Below the pieces are notes generated by a model, which saw nothing but the letters and a program-made list of their open reading frames with translations, did no database searches and was not told the origin of the DNA. Positions 58,141-64,000 of a DNA stretch of 64,000 nt are shown piece by piece. The position numbers and the translations under genes were made by a program. Each line of letters begins with the position of its first letter. The stretch's first letter is position 1. Source of the DNA: Lacibacter cauensis (GTDB lineage Bacteria > Bacteroidota > Bacteroidia > Chitinophagales > Chitinophagaceae); assembly GCF_007830055.1 (NCBI RefSeq), contig NZ_VLLE01000004.1:89248-153247 (forward strand). Reading direction: 5' to 3'.

Positions 58141-58437
58141 CTATTGAGCAAATAAAACTGATTGAGTAAGCGCCGGGAATAATCCGGGATCTGTTGTAAA
58201 CTCGGTTGCTGTTTTCTTTGTGATTTTACATTCACGCTTATTGAGTGCAGCAATCAGTTTTGCTTTTCGTAATGTGGCAACATACCTGCAAATATTCGCT
58301 CTATCAATGCCTGTTCTTACCTCAATTTCTTTCATTGTTGCAGGCTCAATCTGCCATGCTTCAAAAACCTTTTGCAACTGTACTTTGTATTTTGGCTCGC
58401 CGTCATAATTGGCGAGTAATTCGGTAATTTCGCTCAT
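58141..58437 (-). CDS. Small HTH DNA-binding protein
   Basis: 98 aa with a ..MKEIEVRTGIDRANICRYV.. HTH. Confidence 0.4.
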   Translation of the reverse strand: MSEITELLANYDGEPKYKVQLQKVFEAWQIEPATMKEIEVRTGIDRANICRYVATLRKAKLIAALNKRECKITKKTATEFTTDPGLFPALTQSVLFAQ

Positions 58438-58504
58438 CTTATTCTCTTTACATTTTACTAATAGGCAAGCATTACGGGCTTGCCTGTTTTATTTCCTGCC
58501 TGTG

Positions 58505-59314
58505 TTATGGCCTGCCGTAAATCGTGGGCGTGTAGTTCGCCTGTGGGGGCGTAAACCAACTAACAGACGGAGAGAAACGGCGGCCGTAAATATTGCCCGT
58601 TCCTTGTGGTGCCGTGTTCAATGGTGAACCAATGTTTGCAGGATTAAAGCTGCTCATTGGATTAGCTGATACCGGCTGCAAAGTCTGTTGTGGTTGCTTA
58701 TTAAAACCGCCATTGCCCGCAAACTGCAGAACTGTATTTGCAATTGATGTAACGCCGTTGCTAATGCTCTCTGAAACGTTCGCCCTGTTTTGCTCTGCTG
58801 AATTTAGCAGCCCCTGTTTGTAGTTAAAGTCACGGTCAAACTTTCTCAATTGATCACCGTAAATTTTATCGTTTTCGCCTGTCATTACTTGCAATGCGTT
58901 GTTCAAATTGCCCAACATGCTTGTGCGATATTGAGCCTCCTGCACGGCAAGGTTGTTCAGTGCATTCTCTGTATTGTTTTGCACTGCACCGGCGGCGGCT
59001 ATCAACTGCTGAGGATTTGCAGCCCTTGCAAGATTCATCATTGAGTTTGCTTGACTGCGGTATAGGTTATTCTCCTGTGTCGCTGCTCCTGGCATCCTTG
59101 CATTTAAACTTTGTCTTGCTGTATCAAGTTGCTCCTGTGCAAACGGGCTTGTTTGGTACGTCGGATCAATTGGATTGATTGCGTTCGCTTGTTCCTGTTG
59201 ATTTTTGGATAAAGCGTTTTGTCTTATTGCACTTGCTGCGTGCTTACCCCACACCGGAAAAAACGAAACGTAGTTCGCCCAGCGGTTGGCGTTGCGTGTT
59301 CTTAAATCTCCCAT
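58505..59314 (-). CDS. Gln/Asn/Ala-rich low-complexity protein (element-encoded)
   Basis: 269 aa with strongly biased N/Q/A/S composition and no TM. Confidence 0.4.
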   Translation of the reverse strand: MGDLRTRNANRWANYVSFFPVWGKHAASAIRQNALSKNQQEQANAINPIDPTYQTSPFAQEQLDTARQSLNARMPGAATQENNLYRSQANSMMNLARAANPQQLIAAAGAVQNNTENALNNLAVQEAQYRTSMLGNLNNALQVMTGENDKIYGDQLRKFDRDFNYKQGLLNSAEQNRANVSESISNGVTSIANTVLQFAGNGGFNKQPQQTLQPVSANPMSSFNPANIGSPLNTAPQGTGNIYGRRFSPSVSWFTPPQANYTPTIYGRP

Positions 59315-59580
59315 TACGCTACCCTCCTGTTTTCAAGTGAAGAAACAACAGAGTGCCAATTGTAACGAACGTTTGAACCGATACGAAAACAAGGTATAGC
59401 ACCTTTCTTTTCCCATCGAATTGCTGTTGGTTCGGTAATTGCTAAACGTTTGCATAATTCTGCACGATCAATAATCTCAACTTGTGCAGCGGTGGGAAGC
59501 GTTGGAGTTTCTTTAAGGATGGCTTTTACTTCGCCAATCTCTGAAAGTATCGCTTCAAATGGATTGTTCATAAAATTCAT
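59314..59580 (-). CDS. Excisionase-type HTH protein
   Basis: The likely start is the internal ATG MNFMNNPFEAI.. The C-terminal is AELCKRLAITEPTAIRWEKKGAIPCFRIGSNVRY (MerR/Xis-like HTH). The track ORF extends to 59655. Confidence 0.5.
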   Translation of the reverse strand: MNFMNNPFEAILSEIGEVKAILKETPTLPTAAQVEIIDRAELCKRLAITEPTAIRWEKKGAIPCFRIGSNVRYNWHSVVSSLENRRVA

Positions 59581-59664
59581 TTTTGTTATTGCACTATTGC
59601 AGAACAAAAATGAATCTGGTTTTAGGTCATACTGGGGTGCACTGGGGGTGCACAATTTTTTTTA

Positions 59665-60501
59665 CTATAAGTCAGGGAAGCTGTTGTTAAGTCTTGTGTA
59701 TTCAAGTTCAACAGCTTTAAATGCAATTAAATTACTATCTCTGAACTCTTCAAGTAATAATTCATAGACTTTTTTAAATTCTAACACTTGAAGTTCATAC
59801 TCAGGATCGTATAAATATCCTCGATTTTTCAATTTTGAATGATAGTTCCGTATTGTGGTTTGCGATATTTCATACTTTCTTGCAATTCCCTGCACTTGTT
59901 TTGGGTTAAGTGCTTCACACCCACCCTCGTAGAATTTTTTAAGCAGCCAGTATAACTTTGTTTTACCGCCGGTAGCTTCGAAAGATACAGTTTCCTCTTT
60001 CCCATACTTTTTTAAATATTCAAACAACATTGCAAAATTTCCACCTTCCACAACATAACTAAGCGCTTCAAACGTTTTCTCGTCTTCGTCCTTCAATTCG
60101 CACATTCTTAAACCTTGATAGCTACTGCTCACATCTGATAAGTATTTTGCATTTCTAATTGAAGCAGCAAGGTTAAACCTTGCATTTTTAAATTCCGGAT
60201 TATTGATAAGGTCGTAAATGCGTGTTTCAGGGTGCCCAATTTGTAAATGAAATCCTATTCTTAACAAGTCTGCCACTTCGCCCATTTTCGCAAACATTCC
60301 CGTGGCTTTTCCTTCCAAAAAAAACAAATTAAACTCTTGAATTTTAGCTGTTATGTAATGTTCTTTCAGCGGCGCCCGTCCTATTTGTTTTTGGAACTGA
60401 ATTTTGTATAAACTCAGAGTGAAGCCCCACTGCTTAACAATATCACAAAACAAATCTTTTTTACTTATGCCGCTTCTTTTTAATAACTCCAACAGATTCA
60501 T
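59665..60501 (-). CDS. Hypothetical protein with a C-terminal HTH (element regulatory/partner protein)
   Basis: ATG MNLLELLKRSG.. The track start at 60528 is GTG. The protein is ~278 aa with a ..QVQGIARKYEISQTTIRNYHSKL.. HTH. Confidence 0.4.
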   Translation of the reverse strand: MNLLELLKRSGISKKDLFCDIVKQWGFTLSLYKIQFQKQIGRAPLKEHYITAKIQEFNLFFLEGKATGMFAKMGEVADLLRIGFHLQIGHPETRIYDLINNPEFKNARFNLAASIRNAKYLSDVSSSYQGLRMCELKDEDEKTFEALSYVVEGGNFAMLFEYLKKYGKEETVSFEATGGKTKLYWLLKKFYEGGCEALNPKQVQGIARKYEISQTTIRNYHSKLKNRGYLYDPEYELQVLEFKKVYELLLEEFRDSNLIAFKAVELEYTRLNNSFPDL

Positions 60502-60502
60502 C

Positions 60503-61861
60503 TTATACGGCTTTAAGTTTAAACTCACTCAAATCTGCATCCCATGCTTTCAGCATCACCGTCTTTTTTAGCTGGCTTGTTACATTCACGTATCTTTTAA
60601 AACTCTTGTAATCCTTCCAGCCTCCAATAGCCATGACCTGTTCAGCACTCATTCCCTTTTCAAGTGATAATGTTGCAAACGTCTTTCTTCCGGTATGGCT
60701 TCCCACTAAATCATATTTGGGATAAATATTAACTATGCGCTTTGCTCCTTGAAACCTTACAATTTCAATAGGCTCAGCAATTCCTGCACGTTTGCATAGT
60801 TGCTTTACATACTCATTCATCTTTTGGTTACTGATAACAGGCAATGGCTTTAGCTGCTGTTCATACTTGGCTAAAATTACCCGTGAATAATTAGTAAGGG
60901 GAATGGTAAGGGGCTGTTTGGTTTTGGTTACTGTTAATCTTATTTCATCGTGCTTTATGTGTTCACGCTTCAATTGTGCAAGGTCGCTGTAACGTAACCC
61001 TGTTGTGCATCCAAAGCAAAAAACGTCACGAACCTGGGCTAACTTTTTGTTGTTGGAAAGGTCGAGTCGAAAGAGGGTTTCAAATTCATTGCTTGTTAAT
61101 GCAATTACTTCCATAGGTTCACGCTTGATTGTGAAATCTTTGTACTTATCGCTTACCTGCACACCGTTCTTTTTGGCATAGTTCAAAAATGTTTTAATGG
61201 TGCTTAGCTGCTTTGAAGCTGTCGAATTTGTTAATGGAATGCGTTGCACGGTTTCCCCCTTTCTGTTCGTAGTTGTCCCTGTGGGTGAAATCAGAAAGGA
61301 TTGAAAGGATTGAAAAAATGAATAATCAATTTTATCGAATGTAATTTTTCGCCTTGTATGCTTTTGAAAGTCCTGTAAATGCCTTTTTAACGATCTGTAT
61401 GTTTGTAGGCTTCCTTCCTCTCTTGTGGTTGTATGCTCATTAATGTACTTGTCAATGAAATCAAAAAGGAATGTGCTGCTTTCGTCTTTTTTCGTTACAG
61501 GCTGTTTCAATTCTGTGTATTTGGCGGCAACCATGTCGGCCGAATACACAACCCCGTCAAATTCAAACCGCTGCTCAATTGCCTCCAAATCGCTTTTAAT
61601 GGCTAAAAGTCGTTTGTTTATTTCTTTCGATTCCTTGTCGGTTAGAAACTGGTCGTACCCAATTAGGGGGGCGGCTTTCTTTGCTGCCTTTTTTTCAATG
61701 TAAATTGTTCGCTGCTCTTTACTATCCCAGCAATACGGCAGCACCATTATGCCGGTAGGAATGCTTTTGCGTTGCCCTTTGATTTGGTAGATTAAGCGAA
61801 TAGGAGATTTACTATTGGTGTACTTCGCTTCTCTGCGAAGTTCAAAACGGATTGTACCCAT
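60503..61861 (-). CDS. Site-specific tyrosine integrase (Bacteroidetes type with N-terminal arm-binding domain)
   Basis: 452 aa with ..GLRYSDLAQL.., ..VGSHTGRKTFATL.. and ..WKDYKSFKRYVNV.. (R/H/R/Y catalytic pattern). Confidence 0.85.
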   Translation of the reverse strand: MGTIRFELRREAKYTNSKSPIRLIYQIKGQRKSIPTGIMVLPYCWDSKEQRTIYIEKKAAKKAAPLIGYDQFLTDKESKEINKRLLAIKSDLEAIEQRFEFDGVVYSADMVAAKYTELKQPVTKKDESSTFLFDFIDKYINEHTTTREEGSLQTYRSLKRHLQDFQKHTRRKITFDKIDYSFFQSFQSFLISPTGTTTNRKGETVQRIPLTNSTASKQLSTIKTFLNYAKKNGVQVSDKYKDFTIKREPMEVIALTSNEFETLFRLDLSNNKKLAQVRDVFCFGCTTGLRYSDLAQLKREHIKHDEIRLTVTKTKQPLTIPLTNYSRVILAKYEQQLKPLPVISNQKMNEYVKQLCKRAGIAEPIEIVRFQGAKRIVNIYPKYDLVGSHTGRKTFATLSLEKGMSAEQVMAIGGWKDYKSFKRYVNVTSQLKKTVMLKAWDADLSEFKLKAV

Positions 61862-61906
61862 ATCATTTGCTTTTAACTTACCGTGAAGGTAATAAAAAAC
61901 AATGCT

Positions 61907-61934
61907 GTGGTGCAGTTTGTGGTGCAGTTTTTTT
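61907..61934. repeat. Tandem GTGGTGCAGTTT ×2 adjacent to the integrase start/attR
   Basis: Sequence ctGTGGTGCAGTTTGTGGTGCAGTTTTTTT. Confidence 0.6.
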
Positions 61935-62035
61935 AATAACCTGTTTTAGTTTCATTTTGCGTTAACTGATAAATCCCTTTGTTACCAGTCGTTTCCCATA
62001 CCGAAAGCTAAATGCAATTTAATCAAATTTTCAAA

Positions 62036-62059
62036 GGTTCGAATCCCGCCCTCACCGCA
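62036..62059 (+). repeat. attR: second copy of the 24-bp tRNA-Ser 3'-end repeat
   Basis: Identical to 54801-54824. Confidence 0.85.
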
Positions 62060-62062
62060 TAA

Positions 62063-62091
62063 AAACCATCGTTTAAAGCGATGGTTTTTTG
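62063..62091 (+). terminator. Rho-independent terminator (likely the original tRNA-Ser terminator displaced by the insertion)
   Basis: Sequence ACCATCG-tttaaag-CGATGGT followed by TTTTTT. Confidence 0.7.
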
Positions 62092-62179
62092 TTTTTCTAC
62101 CCTTGTGCCCTCCCCTTCCACAGGTTTTTATTCAGGCTTGTTTTTTTCTTAACTTACAGCATACCTTAATTTCTACTGT

Positions 62180-64000
62180 ATGCGCACAAAATCGGCATTG
62201 GCTATTACGCTACTGGCACTAACATTTGGCTTTATTGGCTTTTATATTTTCAACCGATCAACTTCATTAGAAAAAAAATCAGCAACTGCTTTACGGTTGC
62301 AGCAAGAAGAAGATGAGCAGGAAGAAGGTGGCATTAAACGTCGTTTATACGAATGGAAAATGCTCCACGATCCGGCTACTGGTGAAATTCCACGTGATGC
62401 ACAACGGAAAGATCTTGCACTGCTGGCGACAATCAAAGCCCGCCAGAGTAAACCTGGTTTCCGCCAAACCATTAACAACACGTACACTGCTGCCGGCCCT
62501 TCACAAAATGGAGGAAGAACCCGAACCGTTGCGTATGATATGCGCAACAATGGAGTAATGTTGGCGGCAGGTGTTACAGGAGGTATCTATCGCTCAACCG
62601 ATGGCGGCAGCAGCTGGACCTATGTGAGTCCAGTTAGTGATGTGCGTATTGTAACATGTATGGCTCAGGACCCACGTCCTGGTTTTCAAGATACATGGTA
62701 TGCCGGCACCGGCGAATTGTTAGGCGCTTCTGCTGCTTATCCCAATGCATTTGTTCCCGGTTACGGTATTTACAAATCAACTGATAACGGTTTAACATGG
62801 ACAAAACTCAGCTCCACGATCATCAGCAGTGCCCGTGAAGGCTTCGATAGCATTTTTGATATGGTTTTTAATATACAGGTAGATGGCAGCGGTACGGTGT
62901 ATGCCGCTATTCTTAATTATATCATTCGTTCCAGCAATGGTGGAACAAGCTGGGGATTGGTACTGAACGAAACGGGTGAATTGGAAAATCCCGACCAGCA
63001 GATTGAAAACATGATCACAGATATTGTGATATCCAAACCAGGCGTTGTACCGGTTCGCTATTATGCTTGTTTTTCGGGCAGAAACAGAGACAGAGATACG
63101 GCAGGTGTATGGACCTCTACTACCGGTGCATTTGGCACATGGACCAGAATCGGGCACAGTGACCAAGTTGCAGGCTGGCGTGCATACAGCAATACTACCG
63201 ATGCAAATGGAGATTATACCGGCGGATGGGGTAAAACAGTGTTAGCAGTATCGCCGAGTAATTCAAATATTTTATATGTCATGTATCAGAATGCATTCAG
63301 CGCATCGCTGAGTGTACCGGAAGCTGATCTTTTCAGGGCAGATCTTACAAACTTTCCTACAGTTACCTGGAGTGCCAATCGTGGGCCTAACTTGCAGGCA
63401 ACCCGCAATGTTCCCCTATCTTCCGGTGGGGGCACACAAACCAAGTATATGGAAACGCAGGGCGGGTACAATATGTTACTGGCAGTGCATCCTACAAATC
63501 CCAATATTGTGATAGCGGGAGGCGTTAACCTGTTTCGCTCCACAGATGGCTTTTCAACAACTGGAACGTTTATTGGCGGACTTACCGCCACCAACTATTC
63601 TGATCCTAACGAAGCTGTACATGTAGACTTTCATTCATTCGCATTTCATCCATCCATTACAAACCGTGTGGTTGTGGGAAGTGATGGTGGTTTAGCTGTT
63701 ACCAATGATATTACTGCCGGCACTGTTTTATGGGGCGGCTTAGGCAACCAATACCAAACATTACAATACTATCATGTTGCCATCGACCCTGCTGCCGGTT
63801 CTCTTACGTTTGGTGGTGGTGCACAGGATAATTCAACTACCTACCGAGATTCAAAAGGTTTTTTAAACGGATCGGGATTACAGACACCTGTTGATGCCAA
63901 CGATCATTATGTTTTGATTGGTGGCGATGGCGGCTCTGTTGCTTTAACTTCCGGCGCAGGCACGAACCAATATTTTTTTGGCAGCGTACAGGAAGGAAGT
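62180..64000 (+). CDS. Secreted BNR/Asp-box repeat beta-propeller protein (sialidase/GH74/sortilin-like fold); the 3' end lies beyond the window
   Basis: ATG at 62180 in an open frame to the window end (607 codons). It has a signal/TM segment and repeated Asp-boxes (STDGGSSW, STDNGLTW, SSNGGTSW, STDGFSTTG). It is not in the ORF track because it has no stop within the window. Confidence 0.6.
   Translation, partial: MRTKSALAITLLALTFGFIGFYIFNRSTSLEKKSATALRLQQEEDEQEEGGIKRRLYEWKMLHDPATGEIPRDAQRKDLALLATIKARQSKPGFRQTINNTYTAAGPSQNGGRTRTVAYDMRNNGVMLAAGVTGGIYRSTDGGSSWTYVSPVSDVRIVTCMAQDPRPGFQDTWYAGTGELLGASAAYPNAFVPGYGIYKSTDNGLTWTKLSSTIISSAREGFDSIFDMVFNIQVDGSGTVYAAILNYIIRSSNGGTSWGLVLNETGELENPDQQIENMITDIVISKPGVVPVRYYACFSGRNRDRDTAGVWTSTTGAFGTWTRIGHSDQVAGWRAYSNTTDANGDYTGGWGKTVLAVSPSNSNILYVMYQNAFSASLSVPEADLFRADLTNFPTVTWSANRGPNLQATRNVPLSSGGGTQTKYMETQGGYNMLLAVHPTNPNIVIAGGVNLFRSTDGFSTTGTFIGGLTATNYSDPNEAVHVDFHSFAFHPSITNRVVVGSDGGLAVTNDITAGTVLWGGLGNQYQTLQYYHVAIDPAAGSLTFGGGAQDNSTTYRDSKGFLNGSGLQTPVDANDHYVLIGGDGGSVALTSGAGTNQYFFGSVQEGS

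Larger units (their letters stand above)
54825..62059. mobile_element. ~7.2-kb integrative element inserted into the 3' end of tRNA-Ser(GCU)
   Basis: It is flanked by perfect 24-bp direct repeats, with a tyrosine integrase at the right end. All 10 ORFs are co-directional. The native tRNA terminator is retained after attR. Confidence 0.8.

Noticed and set aside
62242-63594. Minus-strand ORFs 62242-62550, 62792-63166 and 63286-63594 offered by the ORF track
   Set aside because: They lie antisense to a long plus-strand open frame (62180→64000+) encoding Asp-box repeats that is truncated by the window edge. The plus-strand gene explains the region.
1-64000. CRISPR arrays, rRNA genes, additional tRNAs
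   Set aside because: No arrays of 28-37-bp repeats with unique spacers were seen. The only tRNA-like structure is tRNA-Ser at 54734-54822 plus its 24-bp 3' fragment at 62036-62059.

Overview
The window looks like a Bacteroidota chromosome segment (Chitinophagia/Sphingobacteriia-like gene content and AT-rich, Bacteroidetes-style intergenic regions). Most genes lie on the minus strand. Working only from the sequence and the ORF track, the main features from left to right are:
(1) A partial ClC chloride channel gene and a single-domain EamA transporter.
(2) A heavy-metal-type RND efflux operon (two PepSY-like lipoproteins, TolC, MFP, CzcA) controlled by an adjacent HK/RR two-component system with TTAGAA direct-repeat boxes in both promoters.
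(3) A ~13.5 kb integrative island next to mnmE. It carries a tyrosine integrase, an Xis-like zinc-ribbon HTH protein, a VirE_N/DUF3987 primase-helicase-like protein and iteron-like repeats. Its cargo is a tightly overlapping six-gene operon: an XRE regulator, a BcgI-like (type IIB-like) nuclease-methyltransferase fusion, an HsdS specificity subunit, an ABC/AAA_21-type ATPase, a DUF4276-like (TOPRIM-like) protein and a catalytically dead long prokaryotic Argonaute with an intact MID 5'-phosphate pocket. This pAgo association is the candidate undescribed system.
(4) An exbB-exbD-exbD-tonB-exbD cluster, a secreted HExxH metalloprotease, an SPFH/flotillin protein and an orphan FtsX-like permease.
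(5) A complete 14-gene nuoA-N operon with a short NuoG and a small membrane ORF between nuoE and nuoF.
(6) A TPR/PstS-like/TonB2 module, a low-molecular-weight protein tyrosine phosphatase (LMW-PTP) and hisS.
(7) tRNA-Ser(GCU) with a second ~7.2 kb integrative element inserted at its 3' end, flanked by a perfect 24-bp direct repeat, with the integrase next to the right-hand copy and GTGGTGCAGTT arm-type repeats.
(8) A partial BNR/Asp-box beta-propeller gene running off the right edge.
No CRISPR array or rRNA gene is present.
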